Shown here piece after piece: positions 19,021 through 29,443 of a stretch of 64,000 bases of DNA. The stretch is from Myxococcota bacterium. GTDB taxonomy: Bacteria; Myxococcota_A; Polyangia; Nannocystales; Nannocystaceae. The position numbers were made by a program, and so were the translations under genes. The DNA lies in contig JBCCWC010000001.1 in NCBI GenBank assembly GCA_039194325.1, positions 192,001 to 256,000 of the forward strand, given 5' to 3'. The notes beneath the pieces are model-generated. The model saw only the letters and a list, made by a program, of their open reading frames with translations, was not told the DNA's origin and made no database searches. The stretch's first letter is position 1, and every line of letters begins with the position of its first letter.

Positions 19021-19758
19021 TCAGCGTCCCCCCGCGAGCGTTCCAACATCTCGCAGCGGCACCCCAGCCCGATGAAGCTCCAGGTCCAGGCTGAACAGGT
19101 GCTCGTCGACCGTGAACACCAGGCGGTATCCATCGGTGTCTACACGGGTCAGCAGCCCCTGGCTGCTCACGTGCACGCGACGACGTGGCGTGCGTCGCCA
19201 CCAGTCGTGCTGTCGACTATGCACCGTCAGCTCGTGCTCCAAGGTCAGCGGCGGCGGGGCCTTCTTGCGGCGCGACACCTCGGCCACCCGGGGGGTCGCG
19301 TGCAGCACCAGGTCCACCTCGAGATCGCCGCCATCGAGCCGAAGCGTCTGATCCACGGTAGCGTTCATCCCCAGCAGCGTGGTCACCACCGGCTGCGAGA
19401 GCAGCTTGCTCTGCGCGTCGACGTCGGGATCGGGCGCCCCGACCGGCTGCTCGTTGTCTGGATGCAGCCGCAAGGTCGCGCGGAGCTGGACCGCCTGCGG
19501 GTTGGCCAGCTCAGCCGAGAACTCCTGGGGCGGCGCATCACCCACCAGTTGGGCCACGTCGCCCTTGCCCACCCGAACCTCCGGCGGCGGCGAGAAATCG
19601 ACCGCCTCGGTCACCACCAGCACTGCGCCAGCGGCCAGCGCCAGGTAGGCATTGCGCCGCAACCATCCCAGACTACGCCCTAGCCAGGCGGCAGCGGCCG
19701 ACGCACGCGTAGGATCTTCGACGCTATCGTCCACCGCGCGTGAGGGCTCTTCGGGCAC
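19021..19758 (-). CDS. Hypothetical membrane-anchored protein
   Basis: Single N-terminal hydrophobic helix; coding-like codon bias. Confidence 0.65.
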   Translation of the reverse strand: MPEEPSRAVDDSVEDPTRASAAAAWLGRSLGWLRRNAYLALAAGAVLVVTEAVDFSPPPEVRVGKGDVAQLVGDAPPQEFSAELANPQAVQLRATLRLHPDNEQPVGAPDPDVDAQSKLLSQPVVTTLLGMNATVDQTLRLDGGDLEVDLVLHATPRVAEVSRRKKAPPPLTLEHELTVHSRQHDWWRRTPRRRVHVSSQGLLTRVDTDGYRLVFTVDEHLFSLDLELHRAGVPLRDVGTLAGGR

Positions 19759-19860
19759 CCGCCGACGCTGGCACGCCGGCTCCGGTACCGCAAAAAATCG
19801 ACGAAACCGCTCGACCTCGCCGCTCGACCTACCGCCGCTCGACCTACCGCCACTCGCCGC

Positions 19861-20451
19861 TCACAGCCGCTCGATGACCACCTCGTAGACCCGGCTGCAC
19901 AGCGCGGTCTGCTGGGTCCACTCAACCTCGACCAGAGGACACTCGGACGAGACCGTGAATTCCAGCTCGTCGACGAACAGCCCGTCGTAGGCGACCGACT
20001 CCTGCGCCAGGATCTCCCCGGACTCCAGGCGCACCGCGACCAGGTAATCGATCATCCCGCTAGCTCCGCCATTGATCGTCAGCCGATACGCCCCAGCCGG
20101 CAGACGCTCGAGCGGCCCCGCCACGGCCAGGCACGGCTCGCACCCGCACCAATCGGTGTCGCACGACTCGCCGCACTCGTGCGTGAAGCGAGGATCGTTG
20201 CCCTCCAGGACCAGTGGATCCGCGAGGTTCGTCTCTGGGCAGTTGCCTGACTCACCCCCAGCCGAGGACTCGGCATCCACCGAGCCGTTCGTCGTGCCCC
20301 CCACGGTACTACTGTGCACGGCGCCATCGGTGCCCTCGCCGCTCGACGTCCGAGTCACCTCCGTGAAGATCGTCCCGTCCACGGAGCCGCACGCGACCAG
20401 GCCCCCCAGGCTCGCCAGCCATAGCCAGCGCCCCGTGGGAGGCCTGATCAC
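19861..20451 (-). CDS. Cys-rich hypothetical lipoprotein (last gene of the ECF operon)
   Basis: LVA-C lipobox, Ser/Gly/Thr linker, several Cys. Confidence 0.7.
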   Translation of the reverse strand: MIRPPTGRWLWLASLGGLVACGSVDGTIFTEVTRTSSGEGTDGAVHSSTVGGTTNGSVDAESSAGGESGNCPETNLADPLVLEGNDPRFTHECGESCDTDWCGCEPCLAVAGPLERLPAGAYRLTINGGASGMIDYLVAVRLESGEILAQESVAYDGLFVDELEFTVSSECPLVEVEWTQQTALCSRVYEVVIERL

Positions 20452-20455
20452 GTGC

Positions 20456-21598
20456 TCAATGGTCACCCGCAACGAGAACACGATGAACCTTGTCGACCCG
20501 CGGCCCCTGAGGGTAGCGCGACACGTAGTCACGAGCGAGGCGCTGGGCACGAGCTTCGTCACCGGCCGCCGCCCAAGCCTCGACCTCGCGGGCGAGCGCA
20601 TGCTCCACCAACGAGGTCTCGCCCATCTCGCGCACGCGAGCAAAGTGCTTGGCGGCCTTGCGGTAGCGACCCCGACCAAACTCGATCCGCCCGATCGTAA
20701 AGGCGGCGAGCGGCGCTCGCGAGTCGGCGGGGTGCTCCTCCACGACACGCCGCAAGTAGGGGAGCGCGGCCGCGGGATGCCCCGCCTTGCGAGCCACGTC
20801 GGCCGCGAGCATCAGCTCCTCGGCGCGGTTGGCCACCGCCTCACCCGCCCGCAGTGCCTCGTAGGCCGCGGTCGCCTCCCCCTTGCGCGCGAGCCGGCGC
20901 CAGCGAGCACCCGAGCTCGACGCCGGGGCTCGTCGCTCGGGTGAAGGCTCGGCCGCCACCGGAGGAAACACGCCCGACTCTCCGCGCCGCAGGAGCGAAG
21001 AACCACCGGGCCACGACACCGAGACCCGACCTCGGATCACCTCGACGGTCACTCGACCATCCTGCCGAAGACAGTGGAATTCCGTCCCCAGCACATCGAC
21101 GGTCACCAGCCCCATCTCCACTCGAAACTGACGATCTAGCCGCGGTGTCACATCGAAGCGCGCCCCTCCGCGTCTCAGCTCGACCCGGGTCAGATCCGCT
21201 CCGGCCTCGGCGATCACCAAGTCGCTCCCTTCGTCGTCCGGTATGACCGCGCTCCCGTCCCGGAACTGCAGCGGGGTCACCACCGGCGCCGTTCGGGGAG
21301 GTGTCGAGGGACTCGACTGCAACGGATCTGCGACCTGCGGCCGAGCGTCGACGATCGGGCCGTCCGGCGAGGGATCGAGCGAAAGCACGGGCACCGCCGC
21401 GTCGCCGCCGCTCCGCCACACACCGCTCCACCACACCAGGATCAGGGCCGCCGCCGCCATGGTCACCGCCGAGATCGCGATCCACCGGACCGCACGCGGG
21501 CGCTCGGCTTGCTGCAATCGCCGAAGCACCGCGTCCTCTCGCTGTGCGGTCCAGTCCGGGGTCGTCAAGGCCCGCAGGCGATCGGGATCGAGCATCAT
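20456..21598 (-). CDS. FecR-like anti-sigma factor with C-terminal TPR
   Basis: TM helix, ELRRGGARFDV, VDVLGTEF, VEVIRGRVSV, TPR ending YVSRYPQG; ATGA overlap with the sigma gene stop. Confidence 0.88.
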   Translation of the reverse strand: MMLDPDRLRALTTPDWTAQREDAVLRRLQQAERPRAVRWIAISAVTMAAAALILVWWSGVWRSGGDAAVPVLSLDPSPDGPIVDARPQVADPLQSSPSTPPRTAPVVTPLQFRDGSAVIPDDEGSDLVIAEAGADLTRVELRRGGARFDVTPRLDRQFRVEMGLVTVDVLGTEFHCLRQDGRVTVEVIRGRVSVSWPGGSSLLRRGESGVFPPVAAEPSPERRAPASSSGARWRRLARKGEATAAYEALRAGEAVANRAEELMLAADVARKAGHPAAALPYLRRVVEEHPADSRAPLAAFTIGRIEFGRGRYRKAAKHFARVREMGETSLVEHALAREVEAWAAAGDEARAQRLARDYVSRYPQGPRVDKVHRVLVAGDH

Positions 21599-22180
21599 CG
21601 AGCAACCTCCCCGAGCGTGCGATCGGCGGCCGAGATCCTCCGCTTCGCCGTCGCCAGCGAGCAGCCACACATCTGCGCCACCGCGTCGAGCTGCGCCCCG
21701 TGAATGCGACGCAGGATCCACGCGATCCGCTCCTCGGTGCGCAGTGTCGAGAGCCGCGAGTATGCACCGTGCACATAGTCGTAGTCGTCGGGGGACAGCG
21801 ACGACGTGGGCACATGATCGGCCTCGACGGCTCCGAGCCCGACCAGCCGCCGGAACCGGGCTCGGTGCAGCGCGCGGCGGGTCACCCGAACGGTGATCGT
21901 GCCCAACCAGCCCTCGATCGCCCGCGGGTCGCGGAGCTTGGGCAGCGAGCGGCGAGCCTGTAGGAAGGTGTCGTGCACGATGTCGTCGACGTCGTCGGGC
22001 TTGCCGAGCAGGCGTAGGGCGATGGTGGCCACGTACCGGGCGTAACGCCGATAGACGGCCTCGAAGGAGGGAATGCGTGGCTCGACCGGCTCGACCGGCT
22101 CGACCGGCTCGACCGGCTCGCTCTCGTGGATGATGCGCAGCGTCGCGCTGCGGGCCTGGCTGCTCGTTGCCGTAGGTGCG
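21595..22180 (-). CDS. ECF sigma-70 factor; true start unresolved
   Basis: FEAVYRRY, DVDDIVHDTFL, GWLGTI, CSLATAKRRI; conserved N-terminus extends upstream of the first GTG (22032). Confidence 0.85.
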
Positions 22181-22224
22181 TCGTCCTCTCGCCCAGTAGG
22201 TTGCCACCCGAGGGCAAAAACGGC

Positions 22225-23136
22225 TCATCGCCCCAGCCGAATACCCCCGCCCAAACTCACACCGAACCACGGGCCACCTGAGGTGAACACCAGATCATCC
22301 CCCGAGAACCCGCGGATCTCCCGCAATGTCCAGCCCGCATCGAGATGGGTCGCGATCACGCCTCGCTGCCCGATCGGCCCCACCACCCCGAACGAGACCA
22401 ACGGCGACCACGTGAGGCCGCGATGGCGACCACCGAGCACATCGGAGCGCCCGGGAATTCCGCGGATCCACCGCTCGCCGACCCGAGCCCCCGCGCCGAT
22501 CTCGAGCATGACCGCACCTACATCGAAGGTCGCCAGCGCAGCCCCGGCGCCTCCGACGAAGCCGAGACGAACGAGATCGGCACCGATCCGGCGCGCACCC
22601 CCCAGACCCATGAGCTCGGCCCGCAGACTCAGCCAACGCCAGATCCGCCCCCCGACCACAACGCCGCCCCCTCCGGCAGGTAGCCCCGGCTGGCCACCGA
22701 GCTCGAACCGTGGGCCCACCGTGACCCAACCCGAAGGCCACATTGGCGCGGCCGATGCTTCCTCGGCGGGATCGCTCGCCCTCGCGGGAGCATTCGCAGA
22801 AGACGGACTGGCCGGCGACTCGGGGGCACTTGCCGGATCCATCGAGCTCTCGACCAGCTCCGCGAGCTCGACCGCGAGATAGCGCTCGGGTGCGTCTCCC
22901 ACCGCGGCCGTCCGTAGTGAGCGCTGCACCGGCGCTCGCCCGTCCTCGGCATGAACGGTGACCACAAAGACCTCGGGCTCACATCGGATCGTCGCCGTGC
23001 GAGCACTGATCGGCCGCGACAGCTCGAGCGCGGTCAGCTCCCGCAGCGCCTGCTCATCGAGCCCCGGGCAGTCTTCCAGCCGCAACCATGGATCCGGAGC
23101 CACGATCAGCAACGCCAGGACCGCCCCCTTCACCAC
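22225..23136 (-). CDS. Secreted/outer-membrane hypothetical protein (first gene of the ECF-FecR operon)
   Basis: Signal-like N-terminus, Cys pair, Gly-rich amphipathic beta strands at the C-terminus. Confidence 0.7.
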   Translation of the reverse strand: MVKGAVLALLIVAPDPWLRLEDCPGLDEQALRELTALELSRPISARTATIRCEPEVFVVTVHAEDGRAPVQRSLRTAAVGDAPERYLAVELAELVESSMDPASAPESPASPSSANAPARASDPAEEASAAPMWPSGWVTVGPRFELGGQPGLPAGGGGVVVGGRIWRWLSLRAELMGLGGARRIGADLVRLGFVGGAGAALATFDVGAVMLEIGAGARVGERWIRGIPGRSDVLGGRHRGLTWSPLVSFGVVGPIGQRGVIATHLDAGWTLREIRGFSGDDLVFTSGGPWFGVSLGGGIRLGR

Positions 23137-23190
23137 GCTCGCCAGGGTGAACGACCGGTGCCACCGTCGTCAATGGCCCCGGAACGTCCA

Positions 23191-24486
23191 CTACCGGCTC
23201 GCCAGGTAGTCACACATCGGACCGGCTGCTCCGGGGACGAGCTCTTGGGGCCGTAGATCGAAATCACCGAACTCGAAGCTCGCCAACCACTGCGCCCGCG
23301 CTTCGCCCCGTAGCTCGAACCAGTGGTCGACCCACTCCGAGCGCGTAGGCTCGATGGCCTCCAGCGCCACCGCCATCTGCGGATCGTCTCGGGCGATCTG
23401 GTCGATCACGCGGAAGATCACCACATCGATGAGGCCAGTGCTGCCCTGGTTCCAGCCGAACTGCTCGTAGTCGCTGCCGGTGAGCGCATCGAACACGGGG
23501 CCGTCCAGCTGGAAATCGTTGGCACCATCCAGGCCCAGCTGGCGCATGATGTTGTAGGCCGAAGCGGTCCCGCACCAAAAACCCTCCACGAGATCGTAGC
23601 GACGTGTCGACCAGCCGCTGGCCTGACTCATACGAGTGACGAGCCCATCGGCCTGAGCCACGACCAGCTCGAAGTTGAACGAGGTGTTGGCGTAGCCGTA
23701 CGCGCGGCTGGGAAGGTAGAACGTGCGGTTGTTGGCGACCTCGTGGACCCCGGGGAGCTGCAGGTGGTGATAGCGATCGGTCTGCGCCTGCGTGTCCATC
23801 AGCTCCAGCAAGACCGAGGCCTGCGCGGTAGTCAGATCGTTCTCGTCGGCTCCGAACGCCCCGGGCCAGTCCGGATAGTTGCCCCAGATCGGGCGAACCG
23901 GGCTCCCGTGACACCCCTGGCAGCTCTCGTCGCTCGCCCCGAGTGCGGGCGGATCCTGGCCAAAGTCTAGCGCTCGGAAGATCCACTGGCCGGTCTCGGC
24001 GTCGAGCTCGGCCATCTCGATCACCTCGTATAGGGGATCCTCGGGCACGCCCCCGGCCGACATCAAGAAGCGAGCATCGAGACCATACATGATGAGGCGA
24101 GGGTGCTCGAGGTCGGCCATGTGCCGCGAGCGCGTGTCCTCCATCAGCACGTAGCTGCCGCCCATCGAGCCGGGCAGCGCGCTGAGCAGATCGCGTACGT
24201 TGTCGATCTCGTTGTCGATGACGTGCTGGTAGATCCCCTTGACGGTGAGCAGCTCGTAAGTCTGACCATCGTCGTCTCCTTGCGGGTCTCCGTCTCCGTC
24301 TCCGTCTCCGTCTCCGTCCTCGTCCGCGTCCGCGTCTTCGTCCCCGGGCTCGTCCTCGTCGTCGACGACACCATCACCGTCGATGTCGCTACCGGCGGAC
24401 AAAGCCCCCATAATCTCCTCCGGCCCCTCGGAGCACCCGGCCACCACAGCCAGCATGAGCATCCCCGTCGTCGTTCGCTTCAGCAT
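23191..24486 (-). CDS. Lipoprotein with one CxxCH motif (putative c-type cytochrome)
   Basis: VAG-C lipobox, acidic DG-repeat linker, CQGCH. Confidence 0.7.
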   Translation of the reverse strand: MLKRTTTGMLMLAVVAGCSEGPEEIMGALSAGSDIDGDGVVDDEDEPGDEDADADEDGDGDGDGDGDPQGDDDGQTYELLTVKGIYQHVIDNEIDNVRDLLSALPGSMGGSYVLMEDTRSRHMADLEHPRLIMYGLDARFLMSAGGVPEDPLYEVIEMAELDAETGQWIFRALDFGQDPPALGASDESCQGCHGSPVRPIWGNYPDWPGAFGADENDLTTAQASVLLELMDTQAQTDRYHHLQLPGVHEVANNRTFYLPSRAYGYANTSFNFELVVAQADGLVTRMSQASGWSTRRYDLVEGFWCGTASAYNIMRQLGLDGANDFQLDGPVFDALTGSDYEQFGWNQGSTGLIDVVIFRVIDQIARDDPQMAVALEAIEPTRSEWVDHWFELRGEARAQWLASFEFGDFDLRPQELVPGAAGPMCDYLASR

Positions 24487-24712
24487 GATCCGGTCTCCTG
24501 GATATGAGGTGACCGCGATCCCCTCGATTCGGCTCACGCGTTCCGCCCCAAAGCGTCCGGCTCGGTCCCATGCTCGACCCTGTGCGTGATTTGGAGATCT
24601 CTTGGTGACGGCGGCCACCGAATGTGGGCGACATCCTCTGTTGGAGCGCGACACCGACCCTGCGCGCCACTGATTCTGCGCGACACCGATTCTGCGCGTC
24701 GCCCTGTGGCTG

Positions 24713-25480
24713 CTACCGAAAGTAGGCGGTCATGCCTCCGTCGACGATGATGGACGCGCCGTTGACGTAGCGGCTGTCCGCAGAGCACAGCCACGCGATC
24801 GTTCCGGCCGCGTCCTCGGGATCGCCGATCCGTTGCGCTGGCACCATGGCGAGGAACTGCCGGCGCATCGCCTCGAGCCGCTCGGCGTCGCCGCCCGCGG
24901 CCTTTTCCCACGCCTCGGCCAGCATCGGGGTGTCGAACGCACCAGCGACCACCGCGTTCGCGCGGATCCCCCGGGCTCCGTAGTCCAGGGCAATGCTCTT
25001 GGTCAGCGACAGCATCGCCGCCTTCATCGCCGAGTAGAGCGGGTTGCGCGGAGCCGCACCCAGGCCGTTGATCGACGAGACGTTGACGATGCTGATCGGG
25101 TGATCGGCTTCGAGGGCCGCAACAAGCTCAGCGCGCATGCACATGAAGTCGAGCCGGGTCCCTCCGACGAAGGCGTGTTCGAATCTCTCGTCGTCGATCT
25201 CGCCCAGCGGGGCCGGCTCCTTGCCGACCTCGGCGGCCGCGTTGACAGCCGCGTCCAACGGGCCGGACTCCAGTGCCGCCCTCACCACCAACTCGACGAC
25301 CCCGGGCTGGCGTAGATCGCCCGGCACGAAGCGGGCACGGGAGCCCGCCGCCAACTCGATCTCGGCTCCCCGCTGCTCGTTGCGGCCCACGAAGGTCACG
25401 AAGGCCCCGTCTTTCGCCAAGCGGAGCACGGTAGCGCGGCCGATCCCCGAGGTTCCTCCGGTCACGAAGATATTCGTCAT
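24713..25480 (-). CDS. Classical SDR oxidoreductase
   Basis: TGGTSGIG, VNVSS, YSAMK, VDGG. Confidence 0.92.
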   Translation of the reverse strand: MTNIFVTGGTSGIGRATVLRLAKDGAFVTFVGRNEQRGAEIELAAGSRARFVPGDLRQPGVVELVVRAALESGPLDAAVNAAAEVGKEPAPLGEIDDERFEHAFVGGTRLDFMCMRAELVAALEADHPISIVNVSSINGLGAAPRNPLYSAMKAAMLSLTKSIALDYGARGIRANAVVAGAFDTPMLAEAWEKAAGGDAERLEAMRRQFLAMVPAQRIGDPEDAAGTIAWLCSADSRYVNGASIIVDGGMTAYFR

Positions 25481-25531
25481 GGGATCGATCATTGCCCGCG
25501 AGCCCCGCCCGGCGTAGATCCGAAAGTACGA

Positions 25532-26353
25532 ATGATGAGCTCGTCCGTCCTTTCTCTGGCGCGACCTCGGGTGACGACGTCCCAGCTCGGCGCCCCCTGG
25601 GGAGTGGTGGCCCCCGGATGTGGTCAGCCCGGCATGTACCTGATGCGCGACGGTCGGGCGCGATTCGAGTGCGCTGCGGGGCGATTCGCTCTTCGGCCCC
25701 GCGACATCGTGATCCTGCCCGCGAGCCCCGACCACCGCATACGAGACGGGGGTAGCGACGTGCTGATGTCCATAGACGAGCTTCGCACCGCCGCGACGGT
25801 CGACACCGACGGGTTTCGCTACGACGCCGGTGGCGAGCAGACCAACCTCTATACCCTGAACTTCGAGTCGTCGGATCCCGCGCGGCGATTGCTGCCGGTG
25901 CTGGTGCTGGCCCGCGAACGGGTCGACCGACCGATCCAGCTGGTGATGGACGCGCTATTCGAGGCCTGCGCCGCGGGCTCCGACGACGAGATCGTGACCG
26001 GGCTCAGCGAGATCCTCTGGTCGCACGCCCTGCGCTCGCACGGGCGCAACATCGACGCGCGGGTGCTACGCGCGGCGACCTCGGTGCTGGCAAACCCCGG
26101 CGCGCCCCACTGCATCGTGGACCTCGCCCGCATCGCCGGGTTGTCGCGCTCGCGCTTCATCGAGCGCTTTGTCGCCGCGCTCGGCGAGCCACCCATGCGC
26201 TTTGTGGCCCGCGCTCGCATGCAGCGGGCCAAGGAACTGCTCATGGCCGGGCACAGCGTGGCCTGGGTGGCCGAGCAGGTCGGGTATCGGTCGGAGCCCG
26301 CCTTTCGGCGGGCGTTCCGGCGGCTCATCGGGCAGGGGCCACGCGCTCGCTGA
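25532..26353 (+). CDS. AraC family regulator (cupin + HTH), divergent from the SDR
   Basis: LARIAGLSRSRF, VAEQVGYRSEPAFRRAFRR. Confidence 0.9.
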   Translation: MMSSSVLSLARPRVTTSQLGAPWGVVAPGCGQPGMYLMRDGRARFECAAGRFALRPRDIVILPASPDHRIRDGGSDVLMSIDELRTAATVDTDGFRYDAGGEQTNLYTLNFESSDPARRLLPVLVLARERVDRPIQLVMDALFEACAAGSDDEIVTGLSEILWSHALRSHGRNIDARVLRAATSVLANPGAPHCIVDLARIAGLSRSRFIERFVAALGEPPMRFVARARMQRAKELLMAGHSVAWVAEQVGYRSEPAFRRAFRRLIGQGPRAR

Positions 26354-26527
26354 CGAGGTTCAACCGGCCGCTCACGTAATCAGAGGTTACTCGCGCTTCC
26401 AGCACGCAAGGATCATTCGGATCGGAGGTAAAGATAGCGGCACCCGAGGGCAAAGCAGCCAGTCGAGCAGGCCGACCAGGGCCGGGTGCCTTGACGGCGC
26501 GAATGCGTGGCGTATGCATGGGTCGCC

Positions 26528-27313
26528 ATGGACTACCAGCTCCGCGACCGCCTAGTGCTCGTGACCGGCTCCTCTGCCGGTATCGGGCGTGCCATTGCTC
26601 GCGCCTTCGTTCAGGAGGGTGCACGGGTCATCCTGAACGCACGCACGCACGATCGCCTCGAGGCCCTGCGCACCGAGCTCGACGCACCGGACCGCACATT
26701 CATCGTGACTGGGGACATCAGCGACACCGAGTCTGCTCGCGCGCTGACGGCTGCGGTCGATGCAATTGGTCCTCTGGACATCCTCGTCAACAACGTCGGA
26801 ATCTTCGGCGTCAAGCCGTTCGCCGAGATCACGGACGAGGAATGGCTGCATTTCTACAATGTCAACGTAGTCGGCAATGTACGCATGATCCGGGCCTTCT
26901 TGCCCGGCATGCTCGAGCGAGACTTCGGTCGCATCGTGAACATATCGAGTGAGTGTGGCGTACGTGGCTTCGGCGCGATGGCGCACTATGCCACGACCAA
27001 GGCGGCGCAGCTGGGCCTCACTCAGAGCGTGGCCGCCTTGACCAAAGGAACGGGGGTGACCGTCAACAGCGTCCTCCCCGGCCCCACCTGGACCGAGGGG
27101 GTCGAGGAGTACATCAAGGGGGTTGCCCAGCAGCAGGGGATCACGCCGGAGCAGGCCGCCAAGGACTACTTCGTCAGCGTGGAGCCCACGTCGCTACTCC
27201 AGCGATTCATCGAGCCCAAAGAAGTCGCGCAGGTCGTGCTGATGGCGGCAGCGAACCCCGCCATCAATGGATCATCCCTGCGTGTAGAAGGCGGTCTGAT
27301 CCGCGCCCTCTAG
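26528..27313 (+). CDS. SDR oxidoreductase
   Basis: TGSSAGIG, LVNNVG, YATTK, VNSVLPGPT. Confidence 0.92.
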   Translation: MDYQLRDRLVLVTGSSAGIGRAIARAFVQEGARVILNARTHDRLEALRTELDAPDRTFIVTGDISDTESARALTAAVDAIGPLDILVNNVGIFGVKPFAEITDEEWLHFYNVNVVGNVRMIRAFLPGMLERDFGRIVNISSECGVRGFGAMAHYATTKAAQLGLTQSVAALTKGTGVTVNSVLPGPTWTEGVEEYIKGVAQQQGITPEQAAKDYFVSVEPTSLLQRFIEPKEVAQVVLMAAANPAINGSSLRVEGGLIRAL

Positions 27314-27601
27314 CTTCGTACCGAGGTTCGGGCCATCGACACCTGGAGCGAGGCGAAGCAAAACGGCTCCGTCTCGCCCGCGCATTGAGCGCTCGCTCTT
27401 GGCGGCGGCGAAGACCTCCTCGTGGTCTTGCGCAGTGCAGACCTCGAACCATCAAGCGTGCGAGATCCGGGCGAAAACCGTGGATGGTGCGGCTCGACCG
27501 GGTCGCATCAAGTCGGCGGCGTTAGCGCGCCGCACACAGCCTGGTCGAAGGGTGCATATTTTTGCCAACACTTTGGTGCTCGGCGGCATCTCGCAGGATC
27601 G

Positions 27602-29137
27602 ATGCAGACTTCCGTGACCGACCCGGGTCTCGCGCCCGACCTCGCCCCCGGCCTGATGCGCCTCGCGTCGCGGCTGGCCGGGTCGTCCGACGCCGAGGAT
27701 CTGGTGCAGTCCACTTGGGTGCGCGCCCTGGAGCACCGCGGCCCGGTCCGCGACCGCCGGCCCTGGCTGCGCCGGGTGATGGTCAACGAGCAGCGCATGC
27801 AGCTGCGCGGGCGAAAGCGACGAGACGAGCGCGAGCAGGCGCAGCACGAGCTGCGGGAGGTGCCGGCCGATGTGGACGAGCTCGTGCATTGCCTGGAGGT
27901 CGCGCGGATCGTCGATGGGCTGCTCGATGAGCTCGATGAAGACCTCCAGCTGGTCGTGCGCGAGCGGTATTTTGGCGGGAGCTCAGCCGCTGAGATCGCG
28001 CGACGGCATCAGATCCCCGCGGGCACGGTGCGATGGCGGCTCAAGTCGGGGCTCGATCGCCTGCGTACTCAGCTGGACTCGCGCTATGGCGGGCGTCGAG
28101 CGCTGTGGGCTGGTGGCTTCATGCCAGTCGCGGTTCAGCCAACACTTTGTTCCTCGGCGGCATCTCAAGCCTCGACCGCGGGCGGCACATTGACCGCCGC
28201 GGGGAAAGGACTGAGTGCCATGAGTGTGAAGATCTTGATGGCGGCGGGGCTTGTGGCTACCGCCGGTGGAGTCGCCTGGGTTGCTTCGGCCGATTCGGAG
28301 CCTGTTTCTGTTGCAGCCACGGAGTCGGCCGAGGTGGAGCCCTCCGCGGCCCCGGACTCGACCGTGGCTGCGGCCGTTGCTCCCGAGGCAACCCTGAGCC
28401 GCGCCACGCCGGAGGCAGTCGACAAACGGGCCCGATGGGCCAAGCGACGCGCTGCGATCCAGGCCGCACAGGCGGCCAGCGCCGCGGACCCTGCTCCTGC
28501 GGAAGGCATGACCTGGCATGCAGCCGGGGCCGACGACGCGCAAGAGCTCCCCGAAGGTGAGCACGGGTTTTGTGCCCACAACGAGAACTGCTTTGGCCAG
28601 CTCGCCCAGGAGGTCATGGGGCTGGTCGATGGGTGCCAAGAGTTCATGGACGGCATCGATCCGAGCGTGACCCTCAATGCTCATGTGATCGGAGCGCCCG
28701 ATATCGGCACGATCGTCGACAGCGTGGAGCTGTCGTCTCACGACGGCGCATCCGAGGAGCTCTTGGAGTGCTTGACCGAGTCGATGTATGCGATGGATCT
28801 CGGCGCGACCGAGCAGAACATCGACGCGCCTATGACCCTGTCGCTCAGTAGCGCTTCAGATGGTCTGGGGGCACTCGCTGGCGCCGAGGTCGACGCAGAG
28901 ACCCGCGCCGCTCTGGAAGAGGCCCTCGCCCACGCCAAGGAGAACGGTGAGGAGGTGAGCTTCATGTTCGGCGGGGATTCGGAGGGGCTGAAGGGCGGCG
29001 AACTCGACGAACAAGCCCGCGCCGCTCTGGCAGAGGCCCTCGCCCACGCCAAGGAGAATGGCGGTCAGGTGCGGGTGCTGCACTTGGGCGAAGACACAGG
29101 CAGCGAGCGACGGAAGAAGACGTCAGACGGCGAGTGA
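27602..29137 (+). CDS. ECF sigma factor fused to a TM segment and long C-terminal extension
   Basis: DAEDLVQ, PWLRRV, AEIARRHQIPAGTVRWRL; hydrophobic segment; Cys-containing C-terminal domain. Confidence 0.85.
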   Translation: MQTSVTDPGLAPDLAPGLMRLASRLAGSSDAEDLVQSTWVRALEHRGPVRDRRPWLRRVMVNEQRMQLRGRKRRDEREQAQHELREVPADVDELVHCLEVARIVDGLLDELDEDLQLVVRERYFGGSSAAEIARRHQIPAGTVRWRLKSGLDRLRTQLDSRYGGRRALWAGGFMPVAVQPTLCSSAASQASTAGGTLTAAGKGLSAMSVKILMAAGLVATAGGVAWVASADSEPVSVAATESAEVEPSAAPDSTVAAAVAPEATLSRATPEAVDKRARWAKRRAAIQAAQAASAADPAPAEGMTWHAAGADDAQELPEGEHGFCAHNENCFGQLAQEVMGLVDGCQEFMDGIDPSVTLNAHVIGAPDIGTIVDSVELSSHDGASEELLECLTESMYAMDLGATEQNIDAPMTLSLSSASDGLGALAGAEVDAETRAALEEALAHAKENGEEVSFMFGGDSEGLKGGELDEQARAALAEALAHAKENGGQVRVLHLGEDTGSERRKKTSDGE

Positions 29138-29443
29138 GGGGGCGTCGGCGTTGTACATGCCGCGCACGAGCTCGTGCGCGGCTCGGGTTTCTTTACTGCT
29201 TAACCGCGGGTGATGTGCGCGAACCACGCTCGCTCCGCTCGCGGGCTCGGGGTCGGGGCTTCGCCCTTCTCCCCTTGCCCATCTCATCACGATGCATCGT
29301 GCTACTCTGCGATACGATTCAGAGATCGGAAGCTGCGGCCATGATTCGCTTTGGCCTGGTGCCTGTGGAGGTCCAGAGCATGAAGCGGTGTTGGACCAAG
29401 GTTTCGCCATACTCGATCAGAAAAGGTGAAGTAGTGAAGAAGA

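Noticed and set aside
22225..22227. Selenocysteine or read-through fusion of the upstream gene with the ECF sigma (same frame, TGA)
   Set aside because: No Cys-motif context or SECIS-like hairpin, and the upstream protein appears exported
20456..22270. 604-aa version of the FecR ORF
   Set aside because: The N-terminal extension overlaps the sigma gene out of frame; ATG 21598 coupled to the sigma stop is the better start
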